DNA of 61,067 bases, filler included, from Basidiobolus ranarum (lineage: Eukaryota), in assembly GCA_040143965.1 (NCBI GenBank). It is 14 parts of 14 records of this genome, joined end to end, with 100 filler letters (N's around TTAATTAATTAA, not from the genome) between each part and the next. Parts side by side here need not be neighbours in the genome. Positions count along the whole stretch, not along the records: positions 48,092 to 52,351 come from JASJQH010002043.1; positions 52,452 to 56,710 come from JASJQH010002044.1; positions 56,811 to 61,067 come from JASJQH010002045.1; 11 more parts are not named here. One strand, 5' to 3'. The notes beneath the pieces were generated by a model. It did no database searches and was not told the DNA's origin. It was given only the letters and a program-made list of their open reading frames with translations. This document shows, in pieces, positions 48,596 to 61,067 of this stretch; position 1 is the stretch's first letter, and each line of letters begins with the position of its first letter. A program made the translations under genes and the position numbers.

Positions 48596-51041
48596 CTTTT
48601 TAATACTGGTAAAATTATTAAGTGTAAGAAATAGTAGCGAAGTAGAAGGGTAAATAGCAAAAGTAGTAAAGGGGATAATTATTACTATAGTGGTATTGTA
48701 ATCCCTGTGCTTGTCCAAACCGATTATTCACTCCATTCTGTGAATGTTGATATTTATTATAACCTGACTAAAACACACCACAGCTAAAAATAGATTTGAA
48801 AGCGACATGTGATTTATTCTAGCTAAATCAACTAGAACAATCCAGAAATCCACGCAGACGCGCCACGCTAAGCACGTCATTCATTGAAGCTGACTAAATA
48901 CTGGAATGCATATTCCCATCAGTTATTCTTTTGATTAGAAAATGAATAATAAAACTCACCAGAACTTTTGAACAGATTATTGTTATCCACTTTCAAACAT
49001 CCCACACCGAGGCAAGTTGGGTGATGAATTGCTAGAACTTCTCCAAGAAAAGTAATCTGCAACTAAAGAATGATTTATATCTACAGTCCTGATAAGTTGG
49101 TCATTGAGGCTGAAAAGTAATTTCTTGTTACTGGAATCAGCAGTAGGATTAATGAATCAGTGTACTCCTCTCAACTTGTTCAATTATAAAGAATACTTTC
49201 AGCAGTTTACCTGAACTCAGCACCTTGATGATTCTTTGAAGAACTAACCAACTTATAGATGCTCTATGATAAACTCACTTTGACATGTTGGAGGCATCAA
49301 GGATTCAATTACCGAATGCTTTCTGTGTCGAAGTTGGCACCATAACATCCAAAGCAAGGAGACTCTTCGAATAGTGATCCTTGGAATCTTCAGATGATTC
49401 ACTATTTAGATGAATAACCAGGGAAACATATCTTCCCACTCATTGTAAATGAGATTACTACCAAACACACCATTTCTATGCCCCCTAAACGGCTATTACT
49501 CAATACCCAGTGATTTTCTACTTGTTTGGCTATCACGATGTTGGAATAATAGATGGACGGTCATCAATTCCATTACCTAAAATTCGGGGAGTAGAGGAGG
49601 TACATGAACAGTTAAGTTATGCTGAGTATCATCGAGCACTAACGCCTACACTGTATGTTTAACCTGCAGATCCAAGAGCATCTGACTGAGATATCGCTAG
49701 TGGGAAACACTGAAATTCACTACTAAAACCAAGATGCTTCCGAGTCGGAGGGTTGAATTAGTACTCATTCATGGAAACTCCTCATCTGATGCATGAGATC
49801 ATAGTGATCAATTAATATAGGATGCAAACCATATTAAGCTAGAATAAATCGGACTATGATCCACGAATCCAGAGAAAATCACCAATAGTAGGTCCAATTT
49901 GATTTGACTCATGCCCCTTGACCTCCAACATGCATATATTTGTCCATGTATTTCCAAGTTTAAGATTTCTGATTTATCCACTTGATTCCGAATCGCTTTC
50001 CCAAGATGCATCAATCGTACGCATTAGAATACGCTTGAAATGATCATAATCGATTTGTTCACCGTCATCATCTTGACCTATGGAGCACTACAAAAAGCTC
50101 AAGCTTATCATGTTGTGGTGGTGAGATCGTCAGGACTCATCTCATTGATGGGTATTCAAAGGGGCGTTCATGGTTGGATACTTTTGAGTAGGGCTCTCTT
50201 GCGTATATAGACTTGCAGCAATGTGCACCATCAATCGCAAGCATGAATAGTGATCCAATACAGTGCATGTCTAGTACAGCTAACTTGTCCGTCCTGCAAG
50301 TAAAGCAATTTTGGGTTGCAAAAAATTGGTTGCCTCTAAGTGGTGATCAAGTATTTCGGAGAAACTCGAATCGAAAGTTAACTGATGCTTAACGCATGGG
50401 CGCAAACAAGGCTACCGATACAATTTGGTTATTTCCTGTTGAGGTTTTCATGAATGATGTTGATTTTAATGTTAGTGGCGTTACTAAATGATGGATTTGG
50501 GAGTTGTGTAACATGTAGTCAAGCTTTGTTGGTGGTCAAGATCTTTTTTCATCCTAGAACTTGCAAGATTTTATACGTTGATTTGTAGGGTTTTGCTTAA
50601 TTATACTTGAAATCCCCCTCCTTTGGGACGAGGGATTTGGATTTAACCGATTGATGTTCCATAAATGAAATGTGAATAATCAATCAAAATGCAATGGAAG
50701 AAGATGGAATAAAAGAGCTTTCGAAATATTGGGGGTCTCTATATACACAAAAAACTAACTTCAACCAAAGAAGGAGACGGGAATGAAACATGCGAGTAAA
50801 TGAGGGAAACCACAAACAGACCAAATAGTACTAACAACAACAACAACACATCCTGTTATAACAGAAGGCTATGACCGACAGAAAATAGTAAAATGAAGGA
50901 ATAAATCTATATCAACATAGAATATAAGCAAAGAAGCAAGGGAAGGAGAGTGGGTGAGCAGAAGTAGAGACCTTTTGGCATTAAAACTTATATAAACAAC
51001 TATCAGTGCGAACGGGAATTGGCGTGGGTATAAGGGATGCT

Positions 51042-52351
51042 CTACAAGAAGTTAACATCTCCCTCATCAATATCAAAATCTACATCTTCCATAAAAGTAT
51101 CAATATTTTCGAAGTCAATCAAGCTATAGCTATCGTCTTGAGTATCTTCAGATTGGTCGGTATTTGGCTTGCTCTTGGAGGCACGACGAGAGTGGGCGTT
51201 ATCTCCTAGGGCTGAATAACTCTTAAGTTGTTTCGACTGTAGCCCTAAGATCTGGTTCAGCTGATGGCCGACACCAGAAAAGAAACTTTTGCTAGTTGGA
51301 TGTAAGCAACGAGGGGCAATTCCAATATTAGCCACATAGTTGTCACGAGATTTCAGGCTGGCAGCTCTGGTGCGAATGAATTGGTGAAGTCGAGAGGAAA
51401 CTTGAACTGGATTAAAAGCTGCGATATGGGGTGGCAATTGGGAAGGGAAAAAGCTCGATAAATCGTAGTCAAGAAACGAGCCTAGTTTCTGTTGTAAAGA
51501 ACAAGTGGCAGCCAATGCACGTGCTCTTTGCAGAGGGATCCAAGTACCAAAGAGGGTGCTCTCTCGGCGACGTATACGTATTCTTCTTATCTCTAAGCTC
51601 AAAACTATAGCTTGCTCCTTCTCGCTTTCCATACCACCAGCAGTAAGCAAGGTGGTGGCATTCACATAACCTGAATCATATCGGCGTAACAGCTGGTAAG
51701 TATTAGCGAAGCCTTCAGCGGGACCAACAGTAGTGACATAGAAAGGTAGAGACTCGACCATTGTGATACATATTTGTGGATATATAGGTAATGTTGATGG
51801 AATGAGCATACTTGGGTTATACTCAGTAGTAGTGGAGTTTCGGTTTTTTTGTTTGAGATTCTTTGAATTTGATTTCAAGGTGGGAACCGATGTAACACTT
51901 GGCTGGAAATACTTGTCACTAGTAATCTTTGGAAGGACTTCTTTGCGGGTTTGAGACATAGCACTTGGCAAGATTTTCTCTTCATCTTCGTCAAGGTACA
52001 AGAACGAGGAGACTTCATCTTCAATGCATGGAACTATACTTCCATCAACTAGCTTGGCATCTTTAATGAGACTATCACCGAGTACTTGGGGTGTGTGTTT
52101 TGGGACATTTTGTCCTGTGTTGGTGTTATTCTCAATTTGTTTAACTGGCTTCTTTGGAGCGTTGCTGATTGAAATAAACTCAGGTTCGATAATAGAACCC
52201 TCTGTTTCAACATCTATTTCTCTGATACCTAGAAGTTCATCTAGCTCAGGGATCGGGAGCAAATTAACAGGAAGTATGGAATCTGCCTTGACGCCTCCGG
52301 TAGGGTCTATACTGATTTTGTCCCGAATACTGTGATTCTGCCAATGCTCAA
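51042..52351 (-). CDS. APSES/KilA-N DNA-binding domain protein, 5'-truncated
   Basis: LLRRYDSGYVNATTLLTAGG..LFGTWIPLQRARALA..LGSFL is the APSES/KilA-N pattern. The frame stays open to the contig edge. Confidence 0.85.
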
Positions 52352-52451
52352 NNNNNNNNNNNNNNNNNNNNNNNNNNNNNNNNNNNNNNNNNNNNTTAAT
52401 TAATTAANNNNNNNNNNNNNNNNNNNNNNNNNNNNNNNNNNNNNNNNNNNN

Positions 52452-54207
52452 GAAAATGGTTGGGAGTTAAAAGCTAGGTAAAAAATAGTAGCTATCTATT
52501 CTCTTACTTCAGAACTATTAACATTTACACTATATGCATGGCGATTCTTAAAGTTCACAGGAAAACCGCAATCCTTATGTAGAGTCAACCTTAAGATACA
52601 CCTTAGGCTTAATTTCAAAACTCACTTCCAAAGAAAGTTTTGAAGAACAGATCCAAGGAGGTTTAGAAGTGATTATTGTCGGAAGTAACGATTTTTATTC
52701 ACAAAGAGAAGAGGTACTAAGGATTGACAATAGTTTAATGTTATATTTTATGAATTTATATATATTAATGATTATTACCCATAGCTTCGACTTCGTTCAC
52801 TTCCTTTAACGTTTGATTCCCTTATGTCACTCCCACCTTTCTGCTCTACTCATACAATTATTCGAAACGTACACAAAACTGGTTTGGGTAGTTCAGCTGC
52901 TTTAATTACCTCCTTGGTGGCTAGTCTTATGGTTCATTTCAAGATTGTGGATCTTAAAAATGATGATACCCAACAAACCAATCGTCAACTTGTCCATAAC
53001 ATTGCCCAATTTTGTCATTGTTATGCTCAAGGGAAAGTAGGCTCTGGTTTTGATGTATCCTCTGCTGTGTGGGGTACTCATGTATATCGTCGTTTTTCAT
53101 CATCGATCCTTGAAGAGGCCATGGCCGATGAGGTTGGCTTCATATATGAATTGTCTATGTTACTAAATGTCACTAAATCTCGAAACATCTAGAATTTGAA
53201 CAAACTATTAGAAGTGGTGGAGCCAAAACTAAACCGGTAAATATTCAATATTTTAAAGAAGACCTTTATGGACCAAACTAATTAGATGTGTTAAAGTTGG
53301 GACAACGAAGTTAAACCCCTAGAATTACCCACCAATTTCATCTTGATGTTGGCAGATATTGACGCAGGTAGTAATACACCTAGTATGGTAGGAAAAGTAT
53401 TGAAATGGAGAAAGTCAAATCCTGAAAAAGGTAACATACACCAACAACATCTCACCTAACGAACATCTCATTGAATATCCTCTTTCCAATAGCTTCGCAA
53501 ATATGGGGTCAACTTGGATCTTTGAATTCCTCCATTTATCATCACATTCAACAATTAGCACAACATCAGCAACAATACCTAGATTTATATACCCAAGTTA
53601 CCACAAGTTGCTCCAGATTGAGATCTTCCGAGGTAAAATCACACTGGTAACGGTAACCAAGCCAATCCTTGACTAATTGGAATTTCAGTGGTCTAGTGTA
53701 TCAACGGATAATGGAGTATCCAAAGCCATTCTTACTCAATTATGCTCTTTAACCACCAGCTTCAACGTACGTATCTCTCTGATCCAAACAAACCATTCAA
53801 TCCTTACTAATACTCACCTAGATGATTCGTCAACATTTGAGAGAGTTGAGTGAGCTTTGTGGAGTTCCCATTGAGCCCGAAAGTCAGACTCGCCTGTTAG
53901 ACGCATGTATGGAAGTGCCAGGGGTGGTGATGACTGGTGTACCAGGAGGTATGAAATATCCAATCGTTTCCCCTCTCCTTCCCCTATGTACTAATGAATT
54001 CCTCTTACAGCTGGTGGCTTCGATGCGATCTTTTGCCTAGTTCTTTCTGAATCGGTGAAATCCGAAGTTTACAAAGTTTGGCAAGATTGGAAGGAAATGA
54101 GTGTTAGTCCATTACTTACCGAAAAGAGCACCATCGGATTGAATGTCGAAGGATATGTTGAAGGTCTAGAGGACGCCATTAAATCTGCCTCTTTGACTCG
54201 TTTATAG
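52452..54207 (+). CDS. ERG8: Phosphomevalonate kinase (multi-exon, 5'-truncated)
   Basis: RNPYVE, GSNDFYSQ, VHKTGLGSSAAL, HCYAQGKVGSGFDVSSAVWG, AGSNTPSMV, VPIEPESQTRLLD, GVPG/AGGFDAI; stop TAG at 54205-54207. Confidence 0.95.
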
Positions 54208-54556
54208 TAGTAAAACTTAGAATAAATCATTCACAATGCCTTGTTAATCTTTTTATTTAGGAATGTTTTGTACATAATACAGATAACAAAAATCTAAAGC
54301 CAATGAAAGTTAGAGGGTAATTGAACCAAGCTTGAAAAATAAAAGTTAGATTGATGGATGAGGTGGGGTGGGGTGGGATGAGACAAGGGGGATGTATGAT
54401 CCTAAATCTAATAATTATATATGAAATTCGGGGTTTGCTCTTCCATATCTAGTGTATCCATGATACAAACATGTTCACGCAACGAAAGAAATGTAAATTT
54501 CCAACCCCCCGAAATGCTCACTCCCCGATTTCTAAATATTAGCAAACTAACGTTGT

Positions 54557-56710
54557 TTAAGCGAATGGCATCTCCACTTCCATGTTACTTTCCTGTTCAG
54601 CAGTCTTCTTGCATAATGTAAGGAAGTATTCTAAGGTGTAACGATTCTCATCACAAGTCTTGTTAAGATCTTCTTGTAGTTTGGTGATACCCTTTTGCAG
54701 TCCTCGAAGGTTTGGTAGCATCTGTCCGGAATGGTTTCGGATGAAGCGACCATGGTTGGTGAGTAAGCTGGTACACCATAGAAGGTGGAATTCTAGATGT
54801 GGTGATTGCTCCATATGACTACCGATGAATTTGAGAACCTTCTCGAGATAATGTTCGGGAAGTCCCTTGACAACCAGAGCAACATCTTCAGGTGGGATCG
54901 CTTCATAAACCTTTTGAATCAGAGGGCGTTCGTTCAACTTGAAAGCCATGACAAATGCTTTAAGGTATTCCTTTTCTTCGAGGGTCTCAAGGGTGGTCTC
55001 AAATGTGATGTCGATGTCGAGATCAAATGGATCGAAAATCAATGTTTCATCCAAGGAATAGATCAAGAGTCCTTCAGTAGAAGCAGCTGCCCAAGATCTA
55101 CCGGTTGGCGAGAATTTGACACCCTTGCTACGGGCTTCGGGACGGGTTCTACGAACTGAAAGGTCACCTTTTCTAACACCAGGCAAACTACGATCGATAC
55201 GATCCTCAGGATCACTTGGATTATCATCATCATCAATCATGTCCAAAGGTCCGGCATCGGTCATATTCTTACTGTTCAAGAACTCTTGGGTCCCATCGAG
55301 TGAGATATTATGTGAGATTTGGAACTTTTTCACCAGGATTTTGCTCTTAATATCGTAAATGCAGACGTATTTACTGTTACCACCGCCAATGATGCAAGAA
55401 CCATCCGCAGTATAACAAATACTGTTGAAAGCTTTACCGGCGGATGAGTTCTCGGCGGAAATCTTGTCAGCTGATTTACGTCCACCTGAGATATCTCTGC
55501 GGCCTTCGATGGTGGTAGTCTGAGTTCCGTGTTCGACATTCCAGAAGGAGATGTTTCCATCCAAAGTAGAAGCGCACACTTCCTTGCCATTAGGATTGAA
55601 AGTGACCGATAGAACCTCTGAATTATGATTGAATGACTCGACATTCTTACCACGTCCGAAAATATCCCAAAGGCGAACGGTTTGATCCCAGGATCCAGAG
55701 GCCATCAATGTCCCAGTGGGATTAAAGGCCAAAGAACTGATGGGTCCCTCGTGTCCACTAACAACATCCAATAACTTTCCGGTTTGGATGGACCACACAT
55801 AGATCTCAAATGTGTCCATGGATCCAGCGCAAACGATCTCACCACTAGGATCAACAGCAAGTGACGAAAATTGAACGGGTGAGGGTGAAGTGAAGGTACG
55901 GAAATTACGATAACGAAGTAAATCATAAGCTCTCACGGTACCATCCTGTGACGCGGTCAATACAACCTGACTATTTTTCGTAAATTCAACAGCGACCACT
56001 CCGGATGAATGATCTGAAAAGGTGACGAAACAAAACCCGGAGGTGGTGTTCCATATCTTAACTTTACCATCATCACCACCGGTAGCAACGTATTGTCCAT
56101 CGGCAGAGTATGAAAGACAATTCATATCATAAAAGTGACCCTGTTGCTTAAGAACATATGACTCCGACTGCCACTCCCATACGAGAAGCTGACCAAGCTT
56201 TGAGGAACCAAGGGCGAGCCATTCACCAGATGCGTTGATACTAGCGGTATCAATTCTATTCTGCGAGATACTGATTTGAATAGAAATAGTATAAGTAAGG
56301 GCCATCCAAGGTGCATACGTGACAATCTAGAGTTTACCTTAAGGTGTGAATATTAGTGAAATCTGGAAGCTCCCAGATTCCGAAGATACCAGTGGTAAAT
56401 CCGACCAACAGGAGATTGGATGCTTGGTGGAATGCTGAGCAGACTACTCTAGCGTTGGTTTGTCTGAAATAGTGTTTTGCACTGATAGCCCATTTCCCAT
56501 TTACTCCTTGGTCTTCCTCCTCACTATCTTCCTGTTCGACGGTGTACTCCCAAACAAATAGAGCCCCATCTCTACTGACTGTATACATGTTTCTCTGGTT
56601 TGCTGAGAAATATACTCCTACAATAGCATCTCTATGGCCTGCGAGAGTGACAGGTGAAAATCCTTCCATGGGATCAAGAGAATACAATCTGCTAGTCATA
56701 TCCTTGGAGC
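54557..56710 (-). CDS. PWP2: Periodic tryptophan protein 2 (U3 snoRNP/UTP-B WD40 protein), 5'-truncated
   Basis: LGQLLVWEWQSESYVLKQQGH, YDLLRYRNFRTFT, WD repeats, FDPFDLDIDIT and the Utp12 domain SPHLEFHLLW; intron 56271-56337. Confidence 0.96.
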
Positions 56711-56810
56711 NNNNNNNNNNNNNNNNNNNNNNNNNNNNNNNNNNNNNNNNNNNNTTAATTAATTAANNNNNNNNNNNNNNNNNNNNNNNNNNNNNNNNNN
56801 NNNNNNNNNN

Positions 56811-59006
56811 CAAAGCAGCTTTGATTATTGAGGAGTGGAGAGTTCAATCCAATCTTAGAAACCAGGTGTCTATTGGTTTTCTGATACTGTTACCACATCT
56901 GATTGGGAACTGTTGCTTTCCACTGACCTGGTACAAGTGGGAAACACTTGTCAATTGTATGATGTATAATCCTTCAGTCATTAAACAACCTTTGTGTACA
57001 AATGGTTGTTTGGCTTTCACTGGTGATCTGAAAAACATGAAGTCATGTAAGGTTTGCACACAATTGGCAATCACTGAATCAGGTAGATATTGCTCATATT
57101 TGGCTCATATATCATTCCACAACTCAAAGTTTGGATGAAATCACCTAAATATAGAATATTGATCCAATTCCAAAGTACTCACTGTAAAGCTGATGGTATT
57201 GCCAATATATTAGATGGATATCACTACCAGAATCTGAATACTCAAGATTTCTTTGAGAACACATATGATTATGCTTTTACATTGGCTCTGGATGGCTTAT
57301 CACTGAACATGTATACCATTGGGAAAGCTTGCTGGCCAATAATTTTAATTAACTTTAATCTTCCTCCTTCTGAATAGTTTAAGAGGTATAATATTTTGCT
57401 ACTATCCATCAAAGCTGGACTATATTCACCAATGCATATAGATAGCTTCATGGAGCCTTTGATTGTTGAATTTGAATGGTTATCTAATGGGGTTCAGATT
57501 GGTGAACATTTTACTAAAGCTAATATCATTGTACATAATGGTGACACTCCTACCATCAGTAAACTTGGAGGTTTTTGTGGGCACAATGCACTATCTTGCT
57601 GTAGATTTTGTCAAATCAATGGAGTCTACTCACTCAGGCATATGCATTACTACTATCCAAATACAAAACTAAACTCCATGATTTTACCATCATGAGCCCA
57701 GTCAGATTTCAACATGATAGCTGATATCAATTCACCAAATAGTCAGTTTAACATTAAACTTGGTATTAGCTGTAAGCCCAAGTTTGTATTGCTAAAGGGG
57801 ATCAGCTGGAACCAGAGCTTCCAAATAGGCACTATGCACTTACTATTCAACAACATTCCAATACTACTTACTTGGCTATATAGTGACAATTCAATATGAA
57901 TGAGCCATTAAAGATAGGATAAAAGTTTGAACCAATTGGGAAAATACTTGAAAACATCAAGCTACCATCATATTCTACCAGGACTCCCATCAATATCCAT
58001 TCATCTAGGTGTTTATTCAAATGCAAAGACTGGAAGCATTGGATTTGTATATATTCAAATGGAGTCATGAAAAGATTTCTGCCTGATAAGTATTGGCAAC
58101 ATTGGGAGTTGTTTGTCAATATTGTTGATATATTCTTATGGCATCAACTGACATTGGCAGATCTCAAGCAGATACAGTGACTGTGCAACAACTTTGTAAT
58201 TGGATATGAAAAATTTTATTACAGGTTTAAAGAAGATAGACTGACTCTATGCCAGTATTCAACATATTCCCTACTGCATCTTTCACAATGCTTAGAGATT
58301 ATAGGCTTTTGCTATACATTCTCGGAGTTCCCAATGGAGTGCACCTGTGGTGAAATGATGCTCTGTGTGAAATCATTAGTATTACTATTTGCTAATCAGA
58401 TTAACAATGTATCAGCAAAATCTGTGGTGGAAGTAATGTGATGGGTTAAGGAGACTCCAGAGTTTATTAACTTTTTAACAAAGGGCTCTTGTCAATGTGC
58501 TCATAGATTTTTGCATTGTTTGAGCACAATGACAGCAACAAAACTCAATCCTTAGACACATAGTAAGTTTCTCTATAATTCAGTATAATTTGTTTGTGTG
58601 ATAATCTAAACATATATCTAGGAAAACTGCAAGACAGACTTCTTTGTGAGATAGATCAAGATATGTAGTATTTCTGTTTCAGCCATGGGGTAAGCTATTC
58701 AGGAAATGACACATCTGCTTCTGGCAGGACACTTGTTGACTGCAAGTTGGGGATAATTTGGCTGAATTCTTTGAAGAAATTTGCCAAAATCAAGAGCTTA
58801 TTCTCATTGTGAATGGTACCAAGAGTTACCTATTTGCCAAGTGTCAGTGCTATTCAACATTTCAAATGCTTAGCTATTCTTCCACTATTAGTTTGCTGAT
58901 AAAGCGTTTCAATATTGTTGAGTTATGTGTGATCAGTCAAGTATGTGCATGTGTAGAGACTCAACACAACAAGATTCTTGTATTTTTTGATTCTCATAAT
59001 TGCTAG
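56811..59006 (+). mobile_element. Degenerate CACTA/EnSpm (Transposase_21/Tnp2-like) transposase
   Basis: C..GC.AF..C..C, ILDGYHY, LALDG..CWPIILINFNLPPSE, IDSFMEPL, GDTPTISKLGGFCGHNALSCCRFC, TMHLLFNN, EFPMECTCG; multiple stops and frameshifts. Confidence 0.9.
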
Positions 59007-59329
59007 AATACAAAGCCTAAAATATCAGAATAAAGGTATGAATATTAATTCAAATTCCTACAGCAGTACACCCAGTAATTGCCATTTGAAAATTAGATTT
59101 TGCCGAACTTGCCGGATATTAATTTATGTATGCCAAATGTGAGGATCATTATATTAGCATGTATGAATACTGTCAATTTACCATCAGGAAAACACCATCA
59201 CACCTTCAAAATCCCTGGCAGAATGCTAGTCACCAATATTGTGATGGCTCTCTGACAGTATTGCAATCAACAAGGGTAGATCCAATCCAGATCCAATTGA
59301 TTTTATTTTTGTTAGGGGGATAAAGGGAG

Positions 59330-59959
59330 AAGTATTCTGCCATAGCTCAAGTACAGCTTTGAGAAGGTCTTGTATCATTGTTGAGTGACTGTCCATATGT
59401 TGACTAGTGGCTTTAGAATTCTGCATTCATTGCATTATTGTGGTGTTATTGCTTGTCATGCCCTGTATAAGAACTTTGTAGTTTTTATTTATGATCACAA
59501 ACAAATCATTACCGTGTTCTTCCTGCAATTCCCTTATTGTAATAATTCTATCCATATTTTCTATGGAGGGTTGTTTAGCAGTTGACAAAGTAGCCATTTT
59601 GGAAGTTGATGTGATTGATGGTGTTTCTGTTGGACTTTGCTCAGCTATTGATGTACTATGTAAATGGGGGATTACAATCTCTTCACTTGCACTATTGCTG
59701 GAAAGAAATACCTCTGTTAAATTGATCATTACTTCATCATTACTTGTGCTAGTTTCCAGCATGCTAAGTCTTTTACAGTGGATAGTGGATTGCTAGACTG
59801 CTCATCAATTAAGTCCTCTGTTCTTGCTGGTTTTTTTTCCTTTTGCACCCACAGGCTTTTGCTTGGAAGTCAATTTTGATTTAGATTTTGAATGCTTTTT
59901 GAATAGCATTGAAATTTTCAAATGGTGAACTTGGTGCAGTGAAATTGCTTAGAAACAGC
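59330..59959 (-). pseudogene. Decayed CACTA-associated accessory ORF (convergent with the transposase)
   Basis: ORF pieces 59226-59426 and 59427-59762 are in one frame; homologous to 40050-40680. Confidence 0.5.
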
Positions 59960-61067
59960 AGACTTGTTCCATTATATTGAGCCAGATCAGGCTAGCTAAA
60001 AGTGTACTAGCACAAATTGGCACAAATGGGCACTATCCAGCATGAAGTTATTTACCACTTCAGAAACAGTAGTTTTACTTATGTGGTATATTTAGGAAAA
60101 GTACTTTTAGACATTATTGCACATTCAATAGATGATGAAAGCTCTATTGATAGTGTCTTAAGTCTAGGGCTCTCAATGGATATCTTTGAGTATGAATGTA
60201 TTGAGAATTAATCAAGATTTTGACTACTTTGCTTAACTTTGATTGAAGCCCACAAAATGATTTTCCTCCATACTTTCCTGCTGCAATGTTCATCCCTTTG
60301 GGAAACCAAAGCTATGTTCTACTCTTGCTCTAAAATGTGAAAAAATGTCATTATAAAGCTTTTGCCTCTCTGTGAGTATCCCTACTCTGGGCCTCTGGTC
60401 AGCTCTGACACATCCTAGCCTTTGGCATTCTTCCCCAATATATACCAAATCAGCCATAGTCTTCCCATATATTACAAATGGTGCTTGCCTCTCAACCCAA
60501 AGCCTTTTGTCATCAAGTCTCCCTTGATGTGGTCCACTAAACTAAATGATGATTCCTTCCAAATCTGTCAAAGCCTGGAACTTTACACAGTAAGCTTTGA
60601 ACTTGGCAGAATATAATAACTTTTGGTTGCTTTAAGAGCTGTTAATTCTCACAGGAAATGTGTCAAGAGTACTTCTGATATAAACCCTATTGGGAAATAC
60701 TCCAGGAAATGGAAGGAAATTAGAGTCTCTAAATCTTTTGTCCCAGGCACCTTCAACATCATTCATCACTGAAGCTAGATAATTTTCAGGTACTTGAAGC
60801 CTATGGTGGAAGCTTCTCCCACTTTGACAACCATAAAGAGTGCACTGAAAGCTGATTAGACAATAGTTTATGTAGTAACAAAACAAATTGACCAACTGCT
60901 TTCTGGTAGATATTGGAGTACATGAGCCACAGTATTTCTCAAATATAGCTTCTAGGGTGGTGATAAGAAAGCCAGTAGTTGCTTTTGGATTAATGAGGAG
61001 TCACCATTTAGAGTAGATGGAGAGTATGATATTAATCTTGTATTGAGCTGGCACAATACTGATTGAA
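59960..61067 (-). mobile_element. ~1.1 kb IS5/PIF-Harbinger-like element encoding a DDE_Tnp_4 transposase (decayed); putative parent of the MITEs
   Basis: Left end AGACTTGTTCCATT. Minus-strand frame STLDTFPVRI..LYSAKFKAYCVKFQALTDLEGIII*FSGPHQGRLDD..MADLVYIG..YNDIFSHFRARVEHSFG. The right end CTGGCACAATACTGATTGAA resembles the MITE end, cut just before CAAGTCC. Confidence 0.85.

Noticed and set aside
48940-50400. CpG-retaining region with splice-like sites that could be a decayed gene
   Set aside because: No sustained reading frame or recognisable motif in the frames I translated; needs BLASTX.
54806-56325. Several 67-117 aa ORFs overlapping PWP2
   Set aside because: Shadow frames of a highly conserved gene.

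Overview
This is not one locus. It is 14 unrelated ~4.26-4.28 kb contigs, concatenated in decreasing size order and joined by artificial 100-bp N spacers carrying TTAATTAATTAA, so gene neighbourhoods across spacers mean nothing. The DNA is AT-rich, eukaryotic and fungal, with short GT-AG introns. It most likely comes from an early-diverging fungus (Basidiobolus/Zoopagomycota-like; inference). Host genes, several truncated by contig ends: GVP36-like BAR protein, secreted dipeptidyl-peptidase V, SMIM13-like membrane protein, NPY1/NudC (1-nt frameshift), an acidic tandem-repeat protein, the N-terminus of a CCC2-like Cu-ATPase (4 HMA domains), a D-amino-acid-oxidase-like flavoprotein, a CFEM-like secreted protein with His-periodic repeats, a CHIP/STUB1-like TPR protein, an APSES/KilA-N protein, ERG8 and PWP2. 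Roughly half the window is decayed, strongly CpG-depleted transposon DNA: three Ty1/copia LTR families, Ty3/gypsy pol fragments and CACTA/CMC transposases with CCCTA termini. The most coherent hidden system is a DNA-transposon family defined by the TIR GGACTTGTTCCA and 3-bp AWT target duplications. It appears as three 156-182 bp MITEs, two longer non-autonomous copies, an internal transposase fragment, and a ~1.1 kb single-ORF IS5/PIF-Harbinger (DDE_Tnp_4) parent element. Family assignments come from motif recognition by eye; no database search was run.
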